From IMG/VR virus record IMGVR_UViG_3300032516_000005: DNA of 64,000 bases. One strand, written 5' to 3'. The notes beneath the pieces were generated by a model that did not search any database, was not told the origin of the DNA, and saw only the letters and a program-made list of their open reading frames with translations. A program made the position numbers and the translations under genes. Below, piece after piece: positions 9,737 through 19,134 of this stretch; positions within the stretch are counted from its first letter, which is position 1, and each line of letters starts with the position of its first letter. The stretch is from a virus.

Positions 9737-9967
9737 TCAGGGGTTCTTGAGGCGCCGCATCACGGCGCGGTAGACGGTGGGGCAGGTCTTCGCCAGGTGG
9801 TCGAGCGTCGCGCGCGCCTGGTCGCGCTTGGACTGTTCCTCGGGCCGATGGGTCTTGCCGAAGCAGAAGAACTCGATCAGGTCAGACTGCGCGCGGATGA
9901 TCTTCTGCGCGAGTGGGCGCGACAGCAGCGCGTCGTCGAAGCCGTCGTTGTAGCGCGACGTCGACAT
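9737..9967 (-). CDS. Hypothetical protein
   Basis: TGATG overlap with helicase stop. Confidence 0.55.
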   Translation of the reverse strand: MSTSRYNDGFDDALLSRPLAQKIIRAQSDLIEFFCFGKTHRPEEQSKRDQARATLDHLAKTCPTVYRAVMRRLKNP

Positions 9968-11961
9968 CAGAACGGGCACTCCTCGGTGATTGCGATCTCG
10001 ACGTCGTTCGTGGGGTCGGCCTTGTCGTTGTCAATCAGCATCGCCGCGAGCGCCGCGGTCGCCGCTGCGAGTTCCGCCTGCGCTGCCACGATCTTCGCGG
10101 TGTCTGCCGCGAGCGCCGCGGTATCGACCGTCGCGACCGTCGACGTCACGACCTCGGTCGCGCCAGCGCGCGCCGCGTCGATCGACGCCTCGATGATCTC
10201 GGTCTTCTCGGCGAGCAGCTCCGCGACGCGCCGGTCGAGCGCGTGAGCCGCCACGAGGCGGGTGATGACCACGCCGCGCGACTGGCCGATGCGATGGATG
10301 CGGTCCTGCGCCTGGCGGTTCAGGCTCGGGGTCCACTCCTCGTCGATGAACAGCGAGTTGGACGCGCGGGTCAGGGTGATCGCAACGCCGCCTGCCTTGA
10401 TGCTGCACGCGACGCCCTTGAGCTTGCCGGCCTGGAACGCATTCTCGATCTCGGTCTTCTTCTCCGAAGACGTTGCGCCCGTGATCTTCGCCCAGCCGTC
10501 GCGCGCCCCGAGGACATCGAGCGGCGCAAGGTGCGCCGAGAACACGACGACGGGCTCGCCCGCCGACTCGAACGACTCGACCAGCTCGATCGCCGCGTCG
10601 AGCTTCGCGGTCGCGAGGGCCGCACGCGCCGCCGAGATCTGCTCGAAGCCGGGCGTCGCGTTCGCCGTCGCCGCGACCTTCGCCATCGCCTTCGCGAAGT
10701 CGACGCCGTTCGCTTCGAGGAGCGCGAGCGCCTGGTCGCACAGCTTCTTGGTCGACGCCGACAGGCCGTTGACCTCGATCGTGCGGACGGTCTTCTCGGG
10801 CAGCTGCGTGAGGACTTCGGACTTCACGCGGCGCAGCATGATGTTCTTGAGGCACTCGGCGACCTGCGCCGTCGGCTTGCCCCACTCGACGCCGTAGCGG
10901 CCGTCGTTCGCGTTCCACATGCGCTTGAACGCGTCGTAGCCGCCGAACACTTCGCGCCCCGCGCCCATCGCCTGGAGCAGCGCCCACAGCTCGGGCGCGT
11001 CGTTCAGGATCGGCGTCGCCGTCAGCAGCCACACGCGGCCACCGTTCGCGCGTGCCGCCTGGGACAGCGCGCGGAACCGCGAGGTGCGCTGCGCGCTCGA
11101 CGACTTGAGCGCGTGCGCCTCGTCGGCGATGATGACCGTGCCCGCGGGCGCGGTCGCCAGCTCGACGGGCAGGATCGCGGGGTAGCCCTTCTGCTTCGCC
11201 GCCTCGCCGGGGAGGATGTCGTAGTTGATGACGACCATCTCACCCGCGACCGGCCACCGGAACGACCCGCGGCCCGACAGCGCGACCGGCGTCAGGTCGG
11301 GACGGAACCGCGCCGCCTCGCGGACCCACACGCCCTTCGCGACGGCGGGGCAGATCACGAGGATGCCGGCACCGACGGGCGCCGCGCACAGCGCCTGCAC
11401 CGTCTTGCCGAGGCCCATGTCGTCGGCGAGCACCGCGGTGGTACGGGGCGCGATCCACTCGATGCCGACGCCCTGGAAGCCGAACAGCGAGAGGCCGCGC
11501 GCACGGAGGGCAGCGTCGATCTGCGCCGCGCGACCCTGCGCCGCGGTGACCTCGGAAACGGCCTGAGCTGCCCGCGCCTGCATCGAGGCAACCAGCTCGG
11601 GCGAGACATCGCAGGTGAAGCCCGCCGCCTGGAGAGCCGCGATCAGCGCGGGAGCCTTGGACACGTCGCAGATCTGGCCGTTGTCAGCCTTGGAGTAGGA
11701 CGCGCCCGCGGAGCGGGTGACCGCCAGGTACGTCTCGAACGAGCCGTTCAGGCGGCTGACGGGCGCGCAGAGCACCCGGCCGCCCGCGAGCACCAGGCGG
11801 ATGACCAGCGCCAGGACAGCCTTGGCCGCGGTCTGGGCCGGGGACGTGCCGTGGGCCGCGCAGAGGACGATCCAGCGGCCGTTCAGCTTGGTCGCCTCGC
11901 CCGCCTGGGCAGCGACGCGGGTTCCGCAGGTTCCGCAGCTTCCGGGGTAGTTGTTGCGCAT
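9967..11961 (-). CDS. SNF2-family (SMARCAL1-like) helicase with N-terminal Zn ribbon
   Basis: LADDMGLGKT, DEAH, TATP, QAQDRIHRIGQ; N-terminal CxxC...C..H; alternative start at 11991. Confidence 0.92.
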   Translation of the reverse strand: MRNNYPGSCGTCGTRVAAQAGEATKLNGRWIVLCAAHGTSPAQTAAKAVLALVIRLVLAGGRVLCAPVSRLNGSFETYLAVTRSAGASYSKADNGQICDVSKAPALIAALQAAGFTCDVSPELVASMQARAAQAVSEVTAAQGRAAQIDAALRARGLSLFGFQGVGIEWIAPRTTAVLADDMGLGKTVQALCAAPVGAGILVICPAVAKGVWVREAARFRPDLTPVALSGRGSFRWPVAGEMVVINYDILPGEAAKQKGYPAILPVELATAPAGTVIIADEAHALKSSSAQRTSRFRALSQAARANGGRVWLLTATPILNDAPELWALLQAMGAGREVFGGYDAFKRMWNANDGRYGVEWGKPTAQVAECLKNIMLRRVKSEVLTQLPEKTVRTIEVNGLSASTKKLCDQALALLEANGVDFAKAMAKVAATANATPGFEQISAARAALATAKLDAAIELVESFESAGEPVVVFSAHLAPLDVLGARDGWAKITGATSSEKKTEIENAFQAGKLKGVACSIKAGGVAITLTRASNSLFIDEEWTPSLNRQAQDRIHRIGQSRGVVITRLVAAHALDRRVAELLAEKTEIIEASIDAARAGATEVVTSTVATVDTAALAADTAKIVAAQAELAAATAALAAMLIDNDKADPTNDVEIAITEECPF

Positions 11962-11996
11962 GTCCTTGAGACGGGACCCCCGGTCCGACATTCAAC

Positions 11997-12181
11997 AAAG
12001 CGAGAGTAAATTGCTAACTAGGCATGAAAACAGGGGTTTTTAGGGTGAAATTCGGGGTCGTGGGAGGCAGATCCCGGCTGGGATCGACCCACTCCCGGGG
12101 TGTTTCTGGGCCGGGCTCCCTCGAACGTATCCTTTGATCCGGTCGATCCCATCCGGGATCGACCTTTTTTACTCTCGCTTT
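11997..12181. promoter_or_regulatory. Divergent control region bracketed by a 14-bp inverted repeat
   Basis: AAAGCGAGAGTAAA (11997-12010) and TTTACTCTCGCTTT (12168-12181); two GATCCC-N4-GGGATC palindromes inside. Confidence 0.65.
12141..12170 (+). terminator. Hairpin plus U-tract (terminator-like, or an operator palindrome)
   Basis: GGTCGATCCC-ATCC-GGGATCGACC-TTTTTT. Confidence 0.5.
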
Positions 12182-12214
12182 GAATGGCGCGCCGCGCGCG
12201 CCGTCTGGCCTTTC

Positions 12215-12994
12215 ATGATGACTGCTTTGATGACCGCCCCGCTCGCTTCGATCGATGCGCGCCTCGTGCGGCGCCTGGAGCGCGAGTACAACCGCGCTAT
12301 CTGCGTCGAGGAGGATGCCCCGACCGAGCGCCAGGCGTATCGCTTGGCGGCGGTCTCGGAGCGTTGCCTGCGTCGCCTGCAGGCCGCACGCGCGGGGCTG
12401 CCGCTCCCCGAGGTCAAGCTGCCGCGCACGGCGCGCAACATGGCCAAGCAGGGCCTCGCGGCCCTCGCGACGATCGGCCGTGTCATCGCCCGCGCGCTGA
12501 CCCGCGAGGCGTCCCTGCGTAAGGCGCAGGCCGCTGCTGCGCTCGCTCGCGTTGCCCGCAAGGCTGCCCGCCTCGTGCGCCAGGCGCTGCGCGCGGCGGT
12601 CCGCGCCGTTGCGCGCCGTGCGCTGCTGATCGCTTCTATCTTCGTCGTCACCGTCACCCCCACCAAGGAGTCTTCGATGAACGTTCCCAAGCTCGCTTCG
12701 CGCATCCACGCCGGTCAGGGTCACAACTACTGCCAGATCTCGGTCGACGGCTTCGACGGCAACGCCACCGACTCGCCGGACGGCGGGCACGGTCTTTTGA
12801 TGTACACCGATCGCTCGGTCGGCCTCGCGATGCGCGCGGAGCTGCGCGGCGATCGCTTCGTGTTCACGGGCGGCCTGTTCGGCGAGCACAGTCTCGCAGC
12901 GCAGGGTGAGATCACGGACGCGGCGCGTCTGCTCGCGCACTGGAACGGCTACGTCGCCACCAACGTCGAGCGCGCGACTGGCGGTGCGTCGTGA
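12215..12994 (+). CDS. Hypothetical protein, Ala/Arg-rich N-half; internal in-frame start at 12677
   Basis: Open frame; AAGGAG-N6-ATG before MNVPKL. Confidence 0.55.
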   Translation: MMTALMTAPLASIDARLVRRLEREYNRAICVEEDAPTERQAYRLAAVSERCLRRLQAARAGLPLPEVKLPRTARNMAKQGLAALATIGRVIARALTREASLRKAQAAAALARVARKAARLVRQALRAAVRAVARRALLIASIFVVTVTPTKESSMNVPKLASRIHAGQGHNYCQISVDGFDGNATDSPDGGHGLLMYTDRSVGLAMRAELRGDRFVFTGGLFGEHSLAAQGEITDAARLLAHWNGYVATNVERATGGAS

Positions 12995-13272
12995 AGGTCG
13001 CTGTTCCGACGGTCCACCTGAACGGCACAGGCGGCAAGCAACTGCAAACGCAGTTGCACGCTCAAGCCACGGCGATTCAGGCTGCAATCGACGTGATCGC
13101 CAACAACGCACCGCACGGGCGCGACTACTACGTGCAGGACGGTGACGCGTACAGCGTCGCGCGGGCACAGCACGACGCGCGTCTCGCAGCACTGCGCAAG
13201 ATCCTCGAAGAGCTGGCGACGATCCACGACCACGTTACCGATCAACTCAACCACACGCAGAGGAGCAAGTAG
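12991..13272 (+). CDS. Phage-type hypothetical protein
   Basis: PTVHLNGT...PHGRDYY; GTGA overlap. Confidence 0.7.
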   Translation: MKVAVPTVHLNGTGGKQLQTQLHAQATAIQAAIDVIANNAPHGRDYYVQDGDAYSVARAQHDARLAALRKILEELATIHDHVTDQLNHTQRSK

Positions 13273-13274
13273 CC

Positions 13275-13469
13275 ATGACCACCAAGGCGTTCACGATCGT
13301 TCGCAAGCCGGTCGGCGTCGGCTGCCCGGCATGCCACAAGGCCAAGCGCCTGCACGGCGTGATGTTCCGGCTCACGCTCTCGCGGCTCGAAGAGGGCCTC
13401 GGCCACGAGGGCTTCCAGTGCGACAAGTGTGGCGAGCGCGTCAAGTACGTGCCGCAGAAGGAAGGCTAG
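13275..13469 (+). CDS. Small Zn-ribbon protein
   Basis: CPAC...CDKC; AGGAG RBS. Confidence 0.65.
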   Translation: MTTKAFTIVRKPVGVGCPACHKAKRLHGVMFRLTLSRLEEGLGHEGFQCDKCGERVKYVPQKEG

Positions 13470-13471
13470 CC

Positions 13472-13822
13472 ATGATGATCAAGCGCAAGACCAAAGAGGA
13501 GTTCAAGCCGTTCAAGGCGCGTCTACTCGTCTATCCCGATCCCGGTGCGATGACTGGTCACAACGGCACGCCGAACCCCGCGGCGGCGATGCACCGCTTC
13601 GGGATCGGCGAGGGTGAGCTGCACGCGAACACAGCCGACAACGCGAAGCACGGCGACCAGATCCTGCCCGCGCTGGAGATCACCGTGCCCGGCTTCGGTA
13701 CGCTCCACGTTTCGCCTGGCGAGCTGCACCAGCTGCTCGTGATGATTGAGGAGGTCCAGGCGAAGGCTCGCCACGCGGCGACGTTCGTCGGCCGCGAGTG
13801 CGCAGTGTCGGGGACGGTGTAG
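13472..13822 (+). CDS. Hypothetical protein
   Basis: TAGCCATG junction. Confidence 0.6.
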   Translation: MMIKRKTKEEFKPFKARLLVYPDPGAMTGHNGTPNPAAAMHRFGIGEGELHANTADNAKHGDQILPALEITVPGFGTLHVSPGELHQLLVMIEEVQAKARHAATFVGRECAVSGTV

Positions 13823-13976
13823 CCATGAAGGGCCGCATGAACTGGCAGCTCGACTGCGCGTACAACGAAGCTCAGAAGCGGACGTTCCACGCGACGGTGC
13901 AGTCGCGCCTTCGCATCCTCGCGATCATCGAATTGCGCCTGGAGCCGAACACGTTCGATGTCCCATGCCTATCCGG

Positions 13977-14005
13977 TTGACACCCATCGCATCCGTGGCT
14001 AGTGT
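13977..14005 (+). promoter_or_regulatory. Sigma70-like promoter with -35 inside the left IR
   Basis: TTGACA-N17-TAGTGT. Confidence 0.65.
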
Positions 14006-14027
14006 ATAGAGCATGGAGACCTCTCAA

Positions 14028-14318
14028 ATGTCGAATCAAGCACTTACGGACTCCGAAAAGATGGCATCGCATCGCGAGCGTGCCGCGCGTGCCAAGCATG
14101 TGGTCTTCAAGAAGATCTGCCGCGGGCTCTACATCAGCCACAAGTACGGTATGGGCCTCAGCCACGAGAGCGTCTGGAGCAAGTACGACGGACGCAAATG
14201 GGTCCTCTCGTGGAGCGAGACGTCCGGTCTCGGACTGTTGACGCCGAACAAGCGCACCAAGAAGTTCGATACCGCCGCCGAGGCGCGGGCTTACGCGAAC
14301 GCGTTGGTGGGGGGCTAG
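14028..14318 (+). CDS. IS passenger protein 1, basic hypothetical
   Basis: GGAG RBS; KKFDTAAEARAYA end. Confidence 0.65.
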   Translation: MSNQALTDSEKMASHRERAARAKHVVFKKICRGLYISHKYGMGLSHESVWSKYDGRKWVLSWSETSGLGLLTPNKRTKKFDTAAEARAYANALVGG

Positions 14319-14321
14319 CCC

Positions 14322-14675
14322 GTGCCCGTGCGATGGAAACGTTCGGTCGATGGCTTCGTGGAGTCCCACGACGGTCGCTGGCGGATCACGCCGAACTACT
14401 CTAGTTGCGTCACCGCGCAGTCCTTCCGGCTCGTGCGCGACGGAAAGACCGTGAGCTACAACGCGTCGACTCAGCGCGACGCCAAGGCAGAGGCCGATCG
14501 ACTCGTCAGGCCCTGCTACTGCAACGGAAGGGGGTGCGACCGTCGCCATCCCGGGCAGTTGCAGTGCACGAAGTGCCGCGGAACGGCATGGGTGTCTGGC
14601 GAGGATCGCAAGGGCGCACCGATCCACTTGTGCGCCGTCTGCAAGGTCCCAATGCCTCCACCCGAGGCGGATTAA
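14322..14675 (+). CDS. IS passenger protein 2, Cys-rich
   Basis: CYC, CTKC, CAVC motifs. Confidence 0.65.
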   Translation: MPVRWKRSVDGFVESHDGRWRITPNYSSCVTAQSFRLVRDGKTVSYNASTQRDAKAEADRLVRPCYCNGRGCDRRHPGQLQCTKCRGTAWVSGEDRKGAPIHLCAVCKVPMPPPEAD

Positions 14676-15059
14676 ATGACGAAGCGCTTCTATCGATTCG
14701 TCAACGATCACGGTGGCCTGTTTCGGATGACCGAGACCAACTACCGTCGCTACCTGCTTGCCGGCACTCGGACTGACAAATCCGCCGATCCTGAGGAGTA
14801 CGGCGTCTGCATCGGGGACGTGCTCACGGTCACCAAGTTCACGACGACCGAGTTTTCCGACGAGTACAACCACGAGGCTCGGCGGGTCGACAAGGCGCTC
14901 GCGATCGTCTGCCCCAAATGTGGGGCTGATGCCGGGAAAGCGTGCCTCTCGCTCGACAAGCGCTGGCAAGCTGAGAAGTGCCGGACGCTCGGCATCCTCG
15001 ACAACGGCTGGCGCAAGACTCCGCACCGAGAGCGCGTACAGATCGCGAAGGGTCGGTAG
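14676..15059 (+). CDS. IS passenger protein 3 with Zn finger
   Basis: CPKCGADAGKAC...PHRER. Confidence 0.65.
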   Translation: MTKRFYRFVNDHGGLFRMTETNYRRYLLAGTRTDKSADPEEYGVCIGDVLTVTKFTTTEFSDEYNHEARRVDKALAIVCPKCGADAGKACLSLDKRWQAEKCRTLGILDNGWRKTPHRERVQIAKGR

Positions 15060-15062
15060 CCT

Positions 15063-16097
15063 ATGTGCATGGCCGACAAGTTTCCCGAGTCGCTCCCCGG
15101 CTTTATGAAGATGTTCCCAGACGACGCAGCGTGCGCGAAGTACCTCGAAGCGATCCGCTGGCGCGACGGCTTCCAGTGCCCGAAGTGCGGCGTCACCGCC
15201 GAGCCGTTCCGGTTCTCCGCGCGCCCCGGCGTGCTGCGCTGCAAGGGCTGCAAGAAGGACACGGCTCTCACCGCCGGCACGATCATGGAGCGGACCCACA
15301 CGCCGCTCTCGACGTGGTTCTGGGCGGCCTTCCTGATCTCCAGCCAGACGCCCGGCATGTCCGCTGTGCAGTTGCAGCGCCAGCTCGGCCTGTCGCGCTA
15401 TGAGACGGCTTTCCAGATCCTCCACAAGCTCCGTGCCGGTATGGCGACCACGAGCGGGCCGATCGGCGCTCGGGCACACGTCGAGGTCGACGAGACCTAC
15501 GTCGGCGGTCGCACGCGCGGCAAGGGACGCGGCGTCACTGATCAGATCCGTGTGATCGGCGCGGTCGAGGTAAAGCAGCGCAAGATCGAGAAGATCGACA
15601 CCGAAGACGACTACCGGCACACCAAGGCGAAGCCCCGGCGCGGCGGTCGCTACGCGGGCCGGCTGCGCCTTGCGGTCATCCCCGACAAGACCGCGAAGAC
15701 GTGCGGCGGGTTCATCGCCGCGAACGTCGACACCCTCACGGAGATGGTCGTCACCGACGGCTCGCAGAGCTACGCGGGGTTGGCACGGCACGGCTACCAG
15801 CACCTCGCGTGTCCCGAGCGCGGCGAGCCGGGCGTCACCGAGGACTACCTGCCCGTGATCCATCTCGTGTTCAGCAACCTCAAGACGTGGATCAACGGCA
15901 CGCATCACGGCGTGTCGCCCGATCACCTCCAGGCGTACCTGAACGAGTTCGTGTTCCGCTTCAACCGGCGCTTCTACCCGTTCAACTCGTTTCGGAGTTT
16001 GCTCGGGCTGAGCGTCACGAAGGAGGCTCCCACATATGACGAGCTGTACGATGGCGATTGGACTCATCCGAGCACTACCGGTGGGAGCGTTGGGTGA
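15063..16097 (+). CDS. IS1595-family transposase
   Basis: Zn ribbon CPKC..CKGC, HTH, EVDETYVGG, VTDG, HLVFSNLK, HHGVS...YLNEFVFRFNRR. Confidence 0.95.
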   Translation: MCMADKFPESLPGFMKMFPDDAACAKYLEAIRWRDGFQCPKCGVTAEPFRFSARPGVLRCKGCKKDTALTAGTIMERTHTPLSTWFWAAFLISSQTPGMSAVQLQRQLGLSRYETAFQILHKLRAGMATTSGPIGARAHVEVDETYVGGRTRGKGRGVTDQIRVIGAVEVKQRKIEKIDTEDDYRHTKAKPRRGGRYAGRLRLAVIPDKTAKTCGGFIAANVDTLTEMVVTDGSQSYAGLARHGYQHLACPERGEPGVTEDYLPVIHLVFSNLKTWINGTHHGVSPDHLQAYLNEFVFRFNRRFYPFNSFRSLLGLSVTKEAPTYDELYDGDWTHPSTTGGSVG

Positions 16098-16355
16098 CAA
16101 CCGGACAGGCATGGATGTCCGCTCCAACAAGGGCGGAATTGCAGTGTCCGGCGAAATCACGCTGCACCACGATGAGGTCTACGTGCAGGTCTCGCAGCCG
16201 TTCAGCGGCGCCGACACGGGCATCCTGATCCGTACGTGCAAGGGTCGGCGCGACTACACGGGCGGCGTCAACAACTTCGCGGCGCTCACACTCCTCGACG
16301 ACGTTCCGACGCTCGCCGCGCGTGTACGTGCCGTGATGGGTGCAGAAGGTCGCCG

Positions 16356-16661
16356 ATGAAGATCCCAATCTCGCGTGCTGCGCTCGCGGCGATGACGCTC
16401 GACGAGTACCGCACGCACTATCCCGAGGTCGCGTCCGGGGAAGTCCTCGAAGCGATGTACGACGACCGCCTCGTCGCGTTCGACGAGCAGGTTGCGATCT
16501 CTGTGCAACTGGTCGATGAACTCGCCGACGAGGAAGTCATCGCCGACATGGACGAACAGTGCCCGCTGTGCGGTGGCCCGCAGCAAATCCTCGGCAAGCT
16601 CGGGCAGCGCGTGCACCTGCGTTGCCGTAACTGCGGCGCCGATACCAACAGCGCGAGCTAG
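16356..16661 (+). CDS. Hypothetical protein with C-terminal Zn ribbon
   Basis: CPLCGG...LG...RCRNCG. Confidence 0.65.
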   Translation: MKIPISRAALAAMTLDEYRTHYPEVASGEVLEAMYDDRLVAFDEQVAISVQLVDELADEEVIADMDEQCPLCGGPQQILGKLGQRVHLRCRNCGADTNSAS

Positions 16662-17257
16662 CGCTTGCGACGGCGGTAGATCACGATGCCGGTGCCTGCA
16701 GCGGCCAGCAGCACGACGACGCCCGTGATCGCGTACGCGATGGTCCGCTTGCGCGTCACTACAGGCGCCACCTCGCCGAACTGCTGACGCTTCTGCGGTG
16801 TCATGACGATGACACCGACGCGATCGCGGAACTTCCAGCGCTTGTCCAGCTCGTGACGCGTCAACGTCCGACGGTTACCCTTGACGTTCGGGTCCATGAT
16901 CTCGACGAGGCTGGGCTTGACGTCGGTGGCGATGACGAAGTGCCCCTGGCCAGGCCGGGTGAAGCTCTGGATCGCGAGGATCACGGGCACGTCGCGCGAC
17001 GTGTACTGCTCCAGCTCGTCGATCGAGTCGAATTGGCGCGTCTGCGCCCAGTACCCTCGCGCGCGGGCCGCTGCTTCGACCTGATAGCAAGTCGAGCCCG
17101 TCTTGGGGTCGACGCCAACCTCGCGGATCAGATCCCGTTCGTCGGCAGGTTCGTCCCAGTGACCCATCACGGCCTTGAGGGCAGCGGCGCCGCACGAGTA
17201 CGGCTGGATTTGCTGGTACGGCTCGACGTCGCCGAGGTGGATCGCTGCTGCGAGCAT
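16658..17257 (-). CDS. Stand-alone C39-like cysteine peptidase with C-terminal TM anchor
   Basis: QQIQPYSCGAAAL, GHFV, MDP catalytic motifs; TM helix then YRRRKR; TACGCT -10 six nt before ATG. Confidence 0.85.
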   Translation of the reverse strand: MLAAAIHLGDVEPYQQIQPYSCGAAALKAVMGHWDEPADERDLIREVGVDPKTGSTCYQVEAAARARGYWAQTRQFDSIDELEQYTSRDVPVILAIQSFTRPGQGHFVIATDVKPSLVEIMDPNVKGNRRTLTRHELDKRWKFRDRVGVIVMTPQKRQQFGEVAPVVTRKRTIAYAITGVVVLLAAAGTGIVIYRRRKR

Positions 17258-17308
17258 CGGTTTAGCGTACCGTAATTCGGGCTGCCCTTTGAGTGGTATC
17301 CTGCGAGA

Positions 17309-17890
17309 ATGCCGCGCCACGTGTTCACAGCGCCGCAAGCTGACCTCGACGTCTTCGCTCAGATCGACGGGCCGCTTGTGTACTTGGCGGGTCCGATTCA
17401 GGGCTCGGTCAACTGGCAGGCCGAGGCGATCGATATCCTAGGCGAGCTGGCGCCGGACGTTCATGTCGCGTCTGCGCGTGGGCCTGACTTCCGTGGCGGT
17501 GTCGAACGGCACCTGTCGTGGGAGCAGCTGTTCCTCGAACGTGCTGCGCGTGACGGCGTCATCTTGTTCTGGTGCGCGCGCGAGTCGACACACCGTTGCA
17601 ACCGTACGCACGCTGCACAGATGCGGTTCGAGCTGGGTGAATGGGTGGTGAAGGCCAGCGTCGGCCTCGCCAAGGTCACGGTCGGAATCGAGCGCGGCTT
17701 CACGGGTGGGCCGTACCTGCAACGCCGGTTCACGCTCTCGTACCCGAACATCCCGATCTGCCGAACGTTGCGCCAGACCTGTGCCGTCGCTATCGAGACA
17801 GCGCGTCGCGAGACGCCGTTGGTTATCTATCCGCGGACGCTCGAAGAGTTGTTCATGCCGCGGTCGTTTGTCGCGAAGAACAACGGCTAG
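17309..17890 (+). CDS. Nucleoside 2-deoxyribosyltransferase-like protein
   Basis: VYLAGPI..W...WE...ILFW...FELG; TGGTATCCT extended -10 six nt before ATG. Confidence 0.75.
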   Translation: MPRHVFTAPQADLDVFAQIDGPLVYLAGPIQGSVNWQAEAIDILGELAPDVHVASARGPDFRGGVERHLSWEQLFLERAARDGVILFWCARESTHRCNRTHAAQMRFELGEWVVKASVGLAKVTVGIERGFTGGPYLQRRFTLSYPNIPICRTLRQTCAVAIETARRETPLVIYPRTLEELFMPRSFVAKNNG

Positions 17891-18054
17891 CTGTTAGCCT
17901 GACCGTGCCACGTCTTCAGCGTCACTGATCGCCGCACGAACCTCGCGGCCGAGCGCTGCCTGCTCACCGGGCGACAACCGCTTCCACGGCCAGGGTGCTC
18001 ATGCATGGCTCGATGGTAACGCAAAACGCGTAGTAACGCGAGCGGCGATCGCTT

Positions 18055-18070
18055 GATCGCGTACGCGATC
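18055..18070. promoter_or_regulatory. GATC-box palindrome
   Basis: GATCGCGTACGCGATC, intergenic. Confidence 0.65.
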
Positions 18071-18100
18071 GACCCCTGTGGTTCTACCTCCACGCTGAAA

Positions 18101-18550
18101 TCATCGGTCTCTAAGCGGGCAGTCTCGGCGGTACAGGTGCTTGATCGTACATACGATCATAGGTACCGTAGTTGCTTCCTCGTCTACCTTTACGGACCGG
18201 CTAGGGGGCAACATGACACTGAAAGTCCAGCGCGAATCTGCGACTCCGAACCTGCTCAAGTACAGCGTCACCCTGACGGTGGTGAGTTTACCCTGAGCCG
18301 CGAAGACCTGATCCGCGACAGCACGCGTGGACCGCTTCGCACGTACGTCGAGCGAGCTGTTCAACTGAAGGATGCGGATGCAGCCTGTCGCTACCTGTTG
18401 TGCAGCGCCTCGATGCGAACGCTGGTGACGCCGCGTTCGTTCGCGCGTGTCGCTGTCGACGCGAGCGCTGAAGGTGCTGCATCGAGCATCGCGTTCAAGA
18501 TCATGGCCGAACCCAACGCAACGGCTATCGTCGCACTCGAATTCCGCCAC
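18101..18550 (-). CDS. Hypothetical basic protein
   Basis: 149-aa ORF downstream of 18566..19117; contains VGFG. Confidence 0.45.
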   Translation of the reverse strand: MAEFECDDSRCVGFGHDLERDARCSTFSARVDSDTRERTRRHQRSHRGAAQQVATGCIRILQLNSSLDVRAKRSTRAVADQVFAAQGKLTTVRVTLYLSRFGVADSRWTFSVMLPPSRSVKVDEEATTVPMIVCTIKHLYRRDCPLRDR

Positions 18551-18565
18551 TCGGTCTCGGCGTAA

Positions 18566-19117
18566 CTAACGCCGTTGATAATGCCGGCCAACGCTGGCAG
18601 ATGACGCGCGACAGCGTTTGGTCAAGCGACCGATGCCGAAGCCGATGCCGGTGAGCACCACGAAGGCACCTGCGCCGACCAGTACAGGATGATCGAGTAC
18701 GAACTGCGCTGCGGGATGCTTGTCGAGGAAGATCGCGGTATCGAGAACAGGCACCAGTTTGCTGATGCCTGAGTCTGTCGACGGCGGCGGCTTGGGTGCA
18801 CCGGGTACGGGTGGTGGCGCCTTGGCCGCTGCAAGCGCCTTCAACGTCTTGAGGCGGTTGACGACTTGCGGCAACGCTGGATCCTTGGCGATCCCCATGA
18901 CCGTGTCCAAGTGCGGGCCAGCCTGGTTGAGGATCCCGACAGCCTTGGTGAGCAACTCCGGACCCTTCGCGAGGATCGTTTGAATGTCTTCAGCGACACC
19001 GCCGAAGCCGGCAGGTGCGTAGAACGGCAACCTGCTCAGCCGGTCTTGCAGATCAGTTTCGGCTTCAGTCGACCAGACACGAGGCAGGGGTGCAGGTTGA
19101 TGAGAGGCGAACAACAC
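18566..19117 (-). CDS. Membrane-anchored protein, Pro-rich linker, AGFG motif
   Basis: C-terminal hydrophobic helix plus basic tail. Confidence 0.7.
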   Translation of the reverse strand: MLFASHQPAPLPRVWSTEAETDLQDRLSRLPFYAPAGFGGVAEDIQTILAKGPELLTKAVGILNQAGPHLDTVMGIAKDPALPQVVNRLKTLKALAAAKAPPPVPGAPKPPPSTDSGISKLVPVLDTAIFLDKHPAAQFVLDHPVLVGAGAFVVLTGIGFGIGRLTKRCRASSASVGRHYQRR

Positions 19118-19134
19118 GTGGTTAGCCTATCACC

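Larger units (their letters stand above)
13964..16113 (+). mobile_element. IS1595-family (ISSod11-like) transporter IS with three passenger genes, 2,150 bp
   Basis: 27-bp terminal IRs CATGCCTATCCGGTTGACACCCATCGC / rc CATGCCTGTCCGGTTGTCACCCAACGC (24/27); 7-bp target duplication GATGTCC (13957-13963, 16114-16120). Confidence 0.92.
13825..16359 (+). pseudogene. Phage-type gene split by the IS1595-family element
   Basis: Removing 13964-16120 restores MKGRMNW...EPNTFDV|RSNKGGIAVSGEITLH...GRR in one frame. Confidence 0.85.

Noticed and set aside
9913-12009. Long antisense ORFs (also 13872..16160, 5943..6989, 29911..31041, 12014..13192)
   Set aside because: Shadow frames of real high-GC genes on the opposite strand; no motifs
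1247-16742. GATC-box-like 16-mers inside coding regions (1247, 2615, 4029, 16727)
   Set aside because: Explained by Ile-x-x-x-Ile codons (ATC...ATC) and no adjacent -10; they show that the motif has a non-zero chance background
16658-17257. C39 peptidase as part of a bacteriocin/RiPP export system
   Set aside because: No ABC transporter, modification enzymes or double-Gly precursor peptide nearby
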